The notes beneath the pieces were generated by a model. The model ran no database searches. It was not told the origin of the DNA and saw only the letters and a list, made by a program, of their open reading frames with translations. DNA of 64,000 bases, taken from assembly GCA_010909165.1 (NCBI GenBank), contig VJWM01000182.1:1-64000 (forward strand), given 5' to 3'. Shown here one piece after another: positions 1 through 10,900 of the stretch (within the stretch, counting starts at the first letter, position 1; each line of letters opens with the position of its first letter). Made by a program: the position numbers and the translations under genes. This DNA is from Anthoceros angustus (taxonomy: Eukaryota; Plantae; Anthocerotophyta).

Positions 1-618
1 TCTTTGCGTCTTGGATGCAAAACCCATTCCACAATGAGACCGCGAAAATTGTCGCGAGGTCACAAAGAGAAATGGTCTACTCTCCAGCCGACGTCGGAGT
101 AGTCGCGGGCGGGAGGTGTCCCTTCGCTGCCCAGAATCGCCGAGGTCTGCATGGCCTACTCCGCCTTACGCCCACTTACTCTAGCCTTACGCCGTGTACT
201 CTAACCTTACGCTGAACCGACTTGGAGCGTGAATACACGCCTATAACCCACTGCAACCCTACGGCCCCGTCTGCCATGCCCGCTCACCACTCAAGACTGC
301 CCACGTGGCTTCGTCCCTGCCTAAATCACGCCTAACTTCTAAGTTACTTTACTTGGCGATTTATCCTGCCCCTCCCGAGTGTGGTCCGGACTTATCCCGA
401 TACTCTGGCAGTGGTCCGAGTGTGGTGTGCTCCGAGTCCTTCCGCCTACTCCGAGTCCTTCCTACTCCGTAGTCCTTCCGCCTACTCCGAGTCCGAGTGC
501 CCGAGGCAGTACCGGAGTACTGGCTTATTTTCTTCCTTCCGCCTTATTTTCTACTCCGCACCTGAAAAAACAAAAACCTAACTCATTTCCTACCCCCAGG
601 GAGAGTCCGTGGTCCACA
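1..618 (-). mobile_element. LTR fragment of a Ty3/gypsy-type element, truncated by the window edge
   Basis: Ends ...GAGAGTCCGTGGTCCACA (TGTGG on minus). Positions 521-618 resemble the PPT-adjacent LTR end at 46730-46821 (CTTATT..TTCCGCCTTATTTT..AAAAAACAAAA..GTCCGT.G.CCACA). Confidence 0.55.
430..500. repeat. Short tandem repeat (CTCCGAGTCCTTCCGCCTA-like units) inside the LTR
   Basis: Four or five imperfect copies are directly visible. Confidence 0.6.
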
Positions 619-1454
619 CGTACCTACAATTCAGCCATGAGTGCTCTACCATGGCCTTTCCTAATTCAACACATGGCCCTATCTTGCCATCCTCACATCG
701 TGACTCCATTGAAAGCACTTCCACGTGCCTCGGCACCACCATGGCCTCCCCTTGCAACCCTTGTGGCTGCTCACCCTGAACATGAGCTCCTTGCTCCCAT
801 CCTTGCACCGATTGCTGCTCCTCTCTCGCATGCTGAGCTCCCAGCCTAGAGCCCTGCAGAAGATCCTGCACAATTCCACCATTAAGGGCACTTGACCCAT
901 CTTCCTATAGCAACCCTTGCCATACATCTCTACCTAGTCGTCCTCCTTACTGCAGAATCTCAGCAATATGAGTACATGCCCATGTCTCACTTCTTTCACA
1001 CGTATTGCTAATTACTTTGCCTTCCCCTCAAACTTGGTGGTGGTCCCCAATAATCGGGCCTTTGCCTCTACAAGCCTATCAATAGCTGCTTGTGCAACAA
1101 CCTCAAGCTACTTCCTTGGCTTGATTGCCTTCACCCTCTACTCCTCATTCTCCAATAAATTGCCTCAAGATCTTCTCACAATTCTCTTCACTTCAATTCT
1201 CTCCAGTTCGCTTCAGCTCTGCTCTATTTTTGCTCTAGTTTGATCCCTTTTGATCCAAAAAGTAGGAGTGCCCAAACTTTTATGTTCCACAGTGAGCAAT
1301 AAAGCAGCCTTGAGCAACTTTTTGCCATACCACTTATTGTATCATGGGCGATAACTATTTTTGCCAAACGTGAGGCAAGCAATGTTACAAGCACCAATGG
1401 ATTGGCGTAATCTAGATAATTGCTTACAAGACCTCGAAAGGCGTGCAAAGTTTT

Positions 1455-1942
1455 TCAAATAGATTATGCCCATGGCAATGGAGAACCTTGCCATAGCGCA
1501 ACACAGGGATCAACTGTGCATGCTTACACAAGAGGAGGGACATGGAAATCCAAGGTGCCCAAGTTCGAAGTTGGAGACTATGTTTACTTGCATTGGAAGC
1601 TAGCCAACACCTTGGAGGTATCCACCAGTAGAGTCATCTTGTGGGTCGTGCAAGTAGGTAAAGATGGAATACTTGAGCTTGAAGGATATGATGTATAAAG
1701 ATGGAAGGATCACCTCAAGAATTGTGCACCATGCCACTTACCTAATTTGGACCCTCAACTGCAGCCTACAATGTGGCGTTCACCCAAAGATTTGGAATGT
1801 CAGGTTTGCAGACGTATTGATGACGATGATGTGGTGCTTCTTTGTGATTGGCGCAATAGGGGATACCATGTGTTTTGTGTCCAGCCACCTCTGGATGAGG
1901 TTCCCTAAGGAGATTGGTCTTGTGCAAAATGCGCTACATGAG
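1455..1942 (+). pseudogene. Degenerate Ty3/gypsy integrase C-terminus plus PHD finger
   Basis: Reads MPMAMENLAIAQHRDQL..AYTRGGTWKSKVPKFEVGDYVYL..., then CQVC..LLCD..RGYHVFCVQPPLDEVP*GDWSCAKC (C4HC3 PHD). Paralogous to 22085-22536 and 27200-27244. Confidence 0.8.
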
Positions 1943-2854
1943 GTGCGTACATGTGTATTCCTACTAATGATTATGTTTTGACTTGGAGTCTCACATTATC
2001 AGTGGGGATTGGTTTGCATCGATATCTACATATTATATTTGTTTTGCTTGGTTGTCTATTGAGGAAGTGGTCATATGAATGCAAGTGCTTACCTCGTGGC
2101 AACACCTCCGAACAACATCTTTTCCGCCAAAGTCCTGCCTGGTAGCCCGTGGTCTGGCACCTATGCTCACGGTAGCAAAGTTAGGTTCATTGGGGTTATG
2201 TGGAATGTTCTCTGGACATCCACTATGGGCAGTGGTGGCTGGTGCTTGCGTACCGGCAGCGGTAGGTGCACAAAATTGGCTGCATCCTGTAGTGTAGCGG
2301 AGGACTAGAGTTTCCGTGCCCTAACCAGGGGTTCACAAACCAAGGCAAATGTCGGAGAGGATTTTTGTGCTTAGAAGTTTGTGGAGCACGGCAGAGTGCT
2401 CTGTTGAGGCCCTTCTTTTTGGAGGGTGCATATTCAGACTTGGTGTCCACTTGATACAATTTTCTCCACCATTTTGTGGTTTTGTCTAACCGTGCACAGA
2501 TGCTCACTCTCGGCCCTTTGGGCATGGAGGCTCCCAACACTTCTGAAATTTGTGGCTCATGGTCTGGTTTGCGAAAACTTTTTGTTACCAGATGTATGTG
2601 GATAGAGAGCATAAGCCTGCTAACTTTGAAGGTTGGAACATGTCAACCCGATTTTTCGTTAATTAGTTATTGGATAGAAACGCTTAATCGGCAGATAAGG
2701 GGCGAAAACCCGGTTAGGCCTTCCGGGGTTAAAATATAGAAAGAGGATTTCCTGCATCATTTTCAGCATTACTAAGCTGTGCTAGGTGAGTTGCCACAAC
2801 GTTGTTGTGCTCACCTCGATTTGGAACAGCGGCGGCAGGATCGTTCGATCGCTG

Positions 2855-3516
2855 ATGGCTGAAACAAGTTGCTCGTCTCCGGAAACGTCAGTTCCTGCAC
2901 CCTATTGCCCGTTCAAGCTGCTATTTGTAGAGATGGGCACGGGATACGATCAGCATGGGTAAGAAAGTTTGGACTCGTCTCCTGTTGTAATGGGAGCGTC
3001 TTGTTCACGACGAGAGAGAGGAGTGTGTTGGCAGGCAAGACATTACGACGGCAGCTATGCGTGCTTGCAAGAATGCCATCAGCTCCAACTCCATCCCTGC
3101 GTTTCGTACGGGTATGTGAGTTGCATCACATGGTCCCTGTTTGTTCTCATGTTATAAGCCATGACTCCTGCAGGCCTTCCTTTGTTTTCAGGGGCGCTGC
3201 CAGGCGTGAGTTATCAGCAGATGAAACTGAAAGTCAAGCTGGGAGTGCCGCGTTCCACCATGGGCTCCTTGGACATCAAGAAAGTGAAATCGGTTTTCCC
3301 GTAGTAAGCTGGGTTCCCGTTCTGGTTTGCCGTGTATTCTACGTAAATGAGGGTAGGTCCTGATAGAGGGCGCTGGATCTTGGCAGTGGAGAGATTCTGG
3401 ACGTGGAGGTTGTGGATGGTGGTCTCATCTGCTCTAGCGGAGTTGCTCTAGCAGCCATGAGAGACAAAAGCGACGATTGCTACGTCGTGAATGCAGCAAT
3501 TTACGTGGGCTACTGA
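2855..3516 (+). CDS. Lin0512-family conserved protein; 4 coding exons (2855-2958, 3035-3111, 3192-3303, 3387-3516)
   Basis: Spliced by eye at GT-AG sites, frame preserved: KLLFVEMGTGYDQHG/QDITTAAMRACKNAISSNSIPAFRTG/ALPGVSYQQMKLKVKLGVP..VKSVFPY/GEILDVEVVDGGLICSSG..DDCYVVNAAIYVGY*. Absent from the ORF track. Confidence 0.8.
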
Positions 3517-3631
3517 CGTTGCGTAACCCTCCCGCACAGCCATGACCTAAACACGGTACTGGAACCAACAAGTCCTGTCTGACTTACATAACATTTTTAC
3601 AGTAATCACAATGGCCTTTGTACTAACTAGA

Positions 3632-4545
3632 CTATCCTCCTCGTTGTACCATGCCGCCCGGCACGTGAACCCCATCCTTGCTGTCTGCTGCAAAGGAACC
3701 CGCGATGTAGCCGACTCTCGGATATTTATTGCGGAACTTGAACTCCCAGCCGGACAAGGTATCCAACTCCTGAGGTGTAAGCCCTTGGAGATCATCAGTG
3801 AGGTCGTGCTGCTCGAAAGAGAGTTTGGCCAACGCTCGGCTGGCTTCGCTGCCTGCAAACAAAGAATAGGGTCCTCGAGGGCCATAGAAGATCCTGGATG
3901 CAAATCCGTCCGAGTTGTTAGGAATAGCAGGCTTTCACCTCTGTACTGTGTCATGATGCAACAAAGATGCGCAGAAGTGGGGTAAGTACCGCGAGTTGGA
4001 CACATCATATATGTGGCCCTTGATAGCCATGAGTAAAGGCTTAGAGGGATCAGTCCCGTCGTAGGCTCGGAGCTCTACGGCGGTGATCTCACCCAGGTGG
4101 ACAAGAGGGGCCACCATAAGATAGTTGGAGAAAACACGAACTAGAATGAGCTTGAGTAGATGGTAGATAGCCACCAGCACTGCGAGGCTGGTGAAGGTGG
4201 TGACAGGGAGATGGTTGAATACGGCATCCACGCCAGAAGTTACAGCCTGAAAAATCTGCTTCACCCCTGGTCCGGTAAGAGGACCTCTATCGCGGCAGAT
4301 ACATTGCGGAACGACCAAGGGGGTTCAGCCAACCTACCGTGTCCACACCAATGTCCGACTCCGAAGCTTTCGTCTGAGCGTTCATGAAGTGAGACGGCAG
4401 GGCATGAATTCCCTGCGCTCGGCAACGAAATGTGGTGAGGACGAGTAGCGCGGTATCCGGTGGAAGAAGAGCGGGAGCATGGAAGGGCAGGGGCCTGCCT
4501 TTTTACCTGAATACCAAGCGCATGATGAGTGGCGATAGCTGCCAT
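3632..4545 (-). CDS. Membrane steroid-binding / MAPR cytochrome b5-like protein; probable exons 4545-4339, 4267-3990, 3893-3632
   Basis: ELRAYDGTDPSKPLLMAIKGHIYDVSNSR/IFYGPRGPYSLFAGSEASRALAKLSFE..L.GL..ELDTL.GW..KF..KYPRVG, preceded by a transmembrane helix. Intron 3989-3894 is GT-AG. The first exon and start codon are less certain. Confidence 0.85.
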
Positions 4546-4937
4546 GGCTATCTTTGGCGCTCGGGCACCGGACAGCCTCAAACACGAAAGATTTTGGAAG
4601 GAACAACGAGCACTGCTGCTGTTGGTGCTACCATTCCTGCTTGGGCCACAGAGCGGCTTGGCTGCCGAGGCATGGAGACACTGCCACACAGGTGCCGCCA
4701 TCGTGCGGATCCAATACAGGGGCAAGCTTCCCTTGCTGCACCGCATATGAACACCGGAGCCGGGAGGCGACTCCCAGCCGCGGGAAGCGTCCTGGACCTG
4801 TCGGTAGTCCTGGATCCTGGACTCCTGACCATTTTTGTTCACCTACCGCATGCAGCATCCAGCAAACCCGGATGCTTCCCAGCCGCTTCCACTTTGCTTA
4901 ACCTACGGTGTTACATGATGGTGCCAAACTTTCGTTG

Positions 4938-7190
4938 TTAACGCCTATCACCACATGAGCAATTGCCATCCATAAAAGTGTGCACTCGGTGAACATCCCG
5001 CACTATGATCTCCCGCTGCTCAAGGCGGGACATAATCTTCGTACTGCTGTGGCAGTCATTGCACATACGAAGATTTTTTGTGACCAGCAAAGGTGTGCCA
5101 TCGGGCGTATTGAGCAGACCGTAGGCCAGGGCAAGTTTCTCCGCATGCCCGCACAGTGCATCCTCCTTCGCCTGCTCAGACACGGGCCTAAGCACCAGAT
5201 CTGTTTGTGGCAAGTGCCCCCCCTCCTCCTTCAACCTCGTGCTCACGCTCCTCAGCTTCGACGAAATGTCACCCCTCTCTTCCCCTACGGTGAACTCGTG
5301 CACCTGCTGCCTCACTTCGATGCAAGCCTTTGCAGGCTTCTTCCACGCACCTGCACTCTTTCTCAGCCTCTCTATCTCCTCCACATCTTCCCACCTGCCG
5401 GCACTTGCGTAAAGGCCACCCAAGAGCACGTAGGCAGGTGCGTTCTGAGGGTCAAGCGCTACCAGACGCTGAAAACATCGTCTCCCGCGCTCCACGTCAC
5501 CATGGCTTTTGCAGGCACTCAGCAAAGCCTTCAACCCCACAACATAACTGTCCAATTCCGCAGTCTGTAGTATATCTTCGGCCTCATCCAGCCAACCTGC
5601 CCGCCCAAGAAGATCGATCATGCAATTATGGTGGTAGTCAAGGGCCACAATGCCGTACTCCTCTACCATCATCCTGAAATATCGGCGGCCCTCCTCCACC
5701 AGGCCTGCATGACTGCAGGCCACCAGAACACTAACAAAACTGCCTCCATCCGGCTCTACACCTTGCTTCCGCATCTCTTCAAAGCACTGCAATGCCATTT
5801 CACCAACCCCATGTTCGGCGTAGCCGTTGAGCAGCGCAGTCCATGTCACAACAGTTTTTGCGGGGAGGGGCAGCCCATCAAAAACTTTGCGAGCATCCTT
5901 CAACCTCCCGCACTTGGCGTACATGTCCACCAGACCGCTGCCAATCGCCAAATCCGCTTCCATGCCCCTTTTCCGAATCTGGGCATGTAGTTGCGTCCCT
6001 TGCTGCAGTGCTCCCATGCTGGCACATGCTTGAAGGAGGCACACATATGTAACATGGTCTTCAGGAGGGATTGACTCCTGTTGCATAATCCCATACAGAG
6101 CCAGAGCTTCTCGACCAAGCCCCTGCTGCACATATCCCACCATCATGGCATTCCACGTCACTACATCTCGTCTGGCCAAACCATCGAACACAGCACGAGC
6201 AGCCTCCACGCTCCCGCATTTTGCATACATGTTCACCAGGCTACTGCCAACGAAGATGTCAACCCTTAAGTCACAGGCCACAATATCAGCATGAACCTCC
6301 TCGCCTGAAATTAAATCGGCTGCCGCAGCGCAAGCCTTAAGGACTGCTACAAATACACGATTGTCTGGCTTCACGCTTGAATCCCGCATCCGTTGGTAAA
6401 GCCTGATGGCAGCCACGGGCTCACCGTGGCGGACATACCCAAACATAATGGTGGCCCACATGTGCGCGTTCGGAGCTGTTACGGTGGTGAAGACCTCGGC
6501 TGCGTCCTCCAATTTGCCGTGAGAAGAATACATGCCGATGATGTGGTTGGCCAAGAAGGCATTTGACTCGTATCCGCTCTTTTGGGCAAGAGCATGCACA
6601 CGCCTGCCAAGAGCTAAATCCTTCTGCTCAATGCACATCTTCAGCACACGGTAGAAGAGATAACAACTGATAGGGCATGCTCGCTGCACCAACAGGTCCA
6701 AGGCTTGGACAGCGTCCATCAGCTTCCCGTCCCCACAACTTCTGCTCAAGCTCTCGCGCATCGACTCCTCTGGGTAAGGGTATGCAGCGGTAGCATCCCG
6801 CCTTGCTAGCTGCCAGTCCACCCAACCAGGCTTGTAACAGTTGTCCAGCCACAGGGGCTCTTTGGAAGTTTTGTGCCTGAAATCAGGATGACGCCCGCTC
6901 CTCTTATCCGCCCTGTTGTCCCACCACTGCCATGGATGCAAGAAGAAATGTTGCCATAGAAGCTCCTGCCGCTCTTTGGCAACAAGTTCTTCCTTGCCTA
7001 GAGCCAAACTGCCAAAAGCGTACCCGGGCTTGGCTGAGCCTGACACACAAAACTCTGAGCTCCACGCCCATCGTTCCTGTGTCCCCACACCACGCGAGTC
7101 CGGGAGTGCCAAGTTTGGCGCAGCTAGTCCCAGCGGCACCATAGTTTGCCACGCACACGACCGCTCTACTACGGAGGAAAATGGATACAA
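4938..7190 (-). CDS. PLS-class PPR protein with E domains and a DYW:KP-type deaminase domain; N-terminal OSB-like PDF/WW motif
   Basis: Intronless 750-aa ORF with PLS repeats (DVVTWNAMMVGY, LVDMYAKCG), KKPAKACIEV box, HAEKLA..CNDCH zinc site and C-terminal CSCGDRR. N-terminal WWDNR..K...HPDFRHK...LWL. Confidence 0.95.
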   Translation of the reverse strand: MYPFSSVVERSCAWQTMVPLGLAAPNLALPDSRGVGTQERWAWSSEFCVSGSAKPGYAFGSLALGKEELVAKERQELLWQHFFLHPWQWWDNRADKRSGRHPDFRHKTSKEPLWLDNCYKPGWVDWQLARRDATAAYPYPEESMRESLSRSCGDGKLMDAVQALDLLVQRACPISCYLFYRVLKMCIEQKDLALGRRVHALAQKSGYESNAFLANHIIGMYSSHGKLEDAAEVFTTVTAPNAHMWATIMFGYVRHGEPVAAIRLYQRMRDSSVKPDNRVFVAVLKACAAAADLISGEEVHADIVACDLRVDIFVGSSLVNMYAKCGSVEAARAVFDGLARRDVVTWNAMMVGYVQQGLGREALALYGIMQQESIPPEDHVTYVCLLQACASMGALQQGTQLHAQIRKRGMEADLAIGSGLVDMYAKCGRLKDARKVFDGLPLPAKTVVTWTALLNGYAEHGVGEMALQCFEEMRKQGVEPDGGSFVSVLVACSHAGLVEEGRRYFRMMVEEYGIVALDYHHNCMIDLLGRAGWLDEAEDILQTAELDSYVVGLKALLSACKSHGDVERGRRCFQRLVALDPQNAPAYVLLGGLYASAGRWEDVEEIERLRKSAGAWKKPAKACIEVRQQVHEFTVGEERGDISSKLRSVSTRLKEEGGHLPQTDLVLRPVSEQAKEDALCGHAEKLALAYGLLNTPDGTPLLVTKNLRMCNDCHSSTKIMSRLEQREIIVRDVHRVHTFMDGNCSCGDRR

Positions 7191-7997
7191 CTTCAGGGTT
7201 TAACCCCAGAACGCCGGGGCCTTTTTTTTGGCCTAATGTACAGGAAAATCTCGTCGGCCTGATCTTTGCTTCACAATTACCACCATCGTCCACGCTTGAG
7301 AGACCCATGTGCGCGGAAAAATGAGTTGGGGAGGCACGATTTTCCACGCAGAACGCGGAAAGGTGGCCAAGGCTACGGGCAAGGGCAAAGATGGCCGGCC
7401 CGGTGTGCTTGTTTCAAACTTAATGGGACAAGGACAGGACAAAAAAGGGACTTCATGTCACAAGATTGGCAAGTTCTCATGCTCGTAGACGGGTGAAAAT
7501 AATTTTCAAAAAGACAAATCCGCAGGCTACGAAAATGAGTTTTACCCTGCCTATGCTCTATGGCGTGGATCGTCATCATTGCCAGGCAATTGCCTGCGGA
7601 TCTCTCATCATCGCACGGGCAATTGCCCGTTAACGATAGCCTGGGGTGAAAATCAACGGCACTGTGACAATCGGAACGCCTAGAATTCATGAGCTTGAGG
7701 TTCAGTGGCATTTCTCGAGAAACTTGTATGCAATCGCGTGTACAAGACGATGTAGAACATTGTTTTCTCAGCATAACAAAGATGGCATGGCGTGAAACGG
7801 AAAGAGAAAATGTCAAGGAATGGGGACGAACGACTCCAATCGAGTCGATTCGTCCTTCTGGGTTAAAATACGCCGTTTCGTTGCGAAGGGCCGGCCCGGC
7901 AAACTGCCCACCCGGGTACATACATAAATGCAGGCATTCTGTGCATGTGCCAATTTTAACGTACAAAGGTACGTACGGGTGTAACAAACATAACCTA

Positions 7998-10900
7998 TCA
8001 TCTAGCTTCCCCGAGCAGTTTCTCCAAGGAGCTCAGGAACTCCAAAAACTCAGACACATTTTCCTGGACCTGTATCAGACAGCAAAAATTTAGCGGACTT
8101 CGCTCGGATGTCGAGAAAAGGGGTGTTCTCTGCAATCAAGCCTTGCCCAGAAGCTCACCTTCATGGTTTTGCTGTAAGCTTGCCACAAGCTGGGGTCTCC
8201 TCGAAAGAGCTCCAAAAGAATCTAGATATTACCAAATTGTCACGACGTCAGCCAAATTGGGACAAGATCACCACAGAAAAACCAACTGCACGTTCTAACC
8301 TCTGTCTTCTTAAGAAGAGTAGCTAACACCACTATCCATTCCCGAAATCCAACCGCTCGCATGTGATTAAGAAGAAACTCCGCATCCAATCGACTTTGCG
8401 CTGCATCCATATTGAACTGCCACCATCCAAATGTTCGTTTCTCAAATCAACACGAGCAGACACAGCAACTTAAAATTTAATGGCAGATTTTCTTCTTCAG
8501 CAAGTTAGCACACCCGTTCTCCGATGACTTTAAGAGCAGACGAGAAATCCTCCAACCGTGCTGATTTCCCCCTCTCGCTTTGCAGAAATTCCTACACAAC
8601 AAGAGGTCTGCATAGTCAGTCCCTCCAAAACTTCATCTTCAACGACATGACAACGAACCAAGGACATCAGGTAGTATTAAGCGTCTCACAGTCAGGTCAA
8701 ACTGAGTGCTCTGGACGAATGACACAAGCTCCGGGAGCTCCTTCCGCATCATCAAGGAAATTGCATGTTCTCCGAGAATGTTCTTCACTGTCAAGTAGTG
8801 CATGTTCAGCTCCAATGGTGGGGCCCTGACATTGGGTGGAGTGTCAGTTATTTCTCAGTGGCTAGAAACAAGCAAACGACAGTCTAGATTCCCTGACACC
8901 ACAATCACCCGTTTTCTCCTTAACGAGACATAAAGGACCTAGAACAGCATTTCTCCTAACTCGGTTGGATTGTGGACTTACGGAGTTGGGCCTTTGAAAC
9001 CAAGGAAAAAGGTTGTCAAAAGGCCGCTGTTGTTCCTGTCTGCTTCCTTCTCGAAATGTTCATTTTCCTTTCCACACCTGAGTAAGAACCTCACCTGGAA
9101 AAAAGTGATGTCCAGTATTAAAACGTTACTCATTAGACGTCTGCCATCACTTACTGCCTTAATTGCTACAAACGCATCTCACCAACTCTCCAGCCAGCTC
9201 ATACATAGAGACTTCAAGAGTTGCCTGCATACACCAAACAAGAGATTGAACGACCAGAGAAACATATAGCGCAACCCTCACATCAAAAGCAAGGCAGCTG
9301 TACATCCTCCTACTCTGAGGGCCTGCTCAGTACCTGTAGCAACCGGATGGCACTCAATTGGCTAGTTGCAGGGCCCTCCAATTTCTCGATGACCTGCAGC
9401 AACAAATTAGCCATACTGCCTGCACAAAACCTACTCCACAACTTCCACACTAGTAATCCTTAACGGATCATCAACGAAGCAAGTGATGTTCTCAACCTAG
9501 AACTGAAAAGCTTAGACCATGTAGGCATCTACCCACCAGGATGTAACAAGTAGCTGTGCGATAGCATCTTCTTTCGAAACACTCTTCAAAGAGTCTGCAT
9601 GCCACCAATTTGCAAATCACAAACAAGCCCACTCCCTTAATCTCAAAAGAGGCTGCCGCACGAACAAACAAGCAGATAACCCACAGATTATTTCATAGGA
9701 CTCTTTCTACAGATTATTCTTCAGCCAGAACACGTAAGACATAAAACATCACACAGCCAGCCAGCTCCAAAAACTGTGATTCAAACACCATTCTGAACCA
9801 ACAGGTTAAACTTACATACTGGGTAGACTTCCCAGCCGCAGCGAAGAGCTCAGACCAATGTCGCGAATCTGTTTTCCTTGCGACACTGACGACTACATCC
9901 AGATAGTCTGGAAAATGTCGTATAAGGTCACACACAAGCTGTAAGAGCTGGGGCACCACCTTTACAGGATTGGATTTCCCTCGTTTTCTGTTGAGGCTTT
10001 GACTGGAGAGAACCGAATGAAAGTCAGCAACCATAGCAAACAAAACCAACAGGCAAAAGCACCACCTCCATTCCAACAAAACATTCTAGCCAAGCTTCAA
10101 ATTTTACCTTGACATTGCAGCATCAAAAACAGTAAAGAGCAACCACTCAAGTGAATGCGAAAAGTGAGGCCTTCCAGCAGACAGCTTTGCAAGCTGCACT
10201 GCTTCCTCCATCTTGTCTCTCTGCCAAAGGGGACAACAATGCATGAGCTACGCCAATGCAAAAAAAATTGCAACAACAAACGAAGAAGAACAACAATGAC
10301 AAAGAAGATGCTGATATAGCTGGAGATACGTACCTGCAACAGATGCCGTAACAAGCAAGGCAGAATGGGTTGGGCTTGAGGTGTGGGCTCAAAGCAGGGC
10401 ATTTCAGCACAAGCTGATAAAGCAAGACGCTGAGACACGCCAACAATCACCCCAGCACTTGGGCAAAGACCCAACGGGTAAACCTCCCTATCAAAATCAA
10501 GCTCAGGGTCCAGCTGCATTGCACCACAAGTCAGATAAGTTGTCACCATGGAAGATGGACAGATAGACTTGTCATGAAGGAATCAACATTTTCACGCAAA
10601 AGCCACCATGACAATAAGGAAAGTGAATAAAGCTGCTTTGGGCGCGAACAGTCGCCCACGGGAAACAAGACACTTTGCTTCACCACCTGCAAGAGATCTT
10701 GCGCTTGAGAGCAATCCTCTTCTGAGGATGGATACCAAACCTGAACAGAGGATGGAACCTTACCAAATTATTACAGCGGCTGACCTTCTGCTGATAAAAG
10801 TAATGGTGTGTAAGCGCACAAGTCTAGAACACTACCCACTTACTTGCATTCCGCGATGGCCATATGCCCACCAAGGGACCTCCTTGATGAGATTGGCTTC

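Noticed and set aside
619-1420. Coiled-coil-like degenerate minus-strand frames
   Set aside because: Many stops and no diagnostic motif; probably TE debris, but unassignable.
4980-6269. Plus-strand ORFs overlapping the PPR gene, and similar ORFs antisense to RIC1
   Set aside because: Antisense shadows of real coding sequence, with no motifs.
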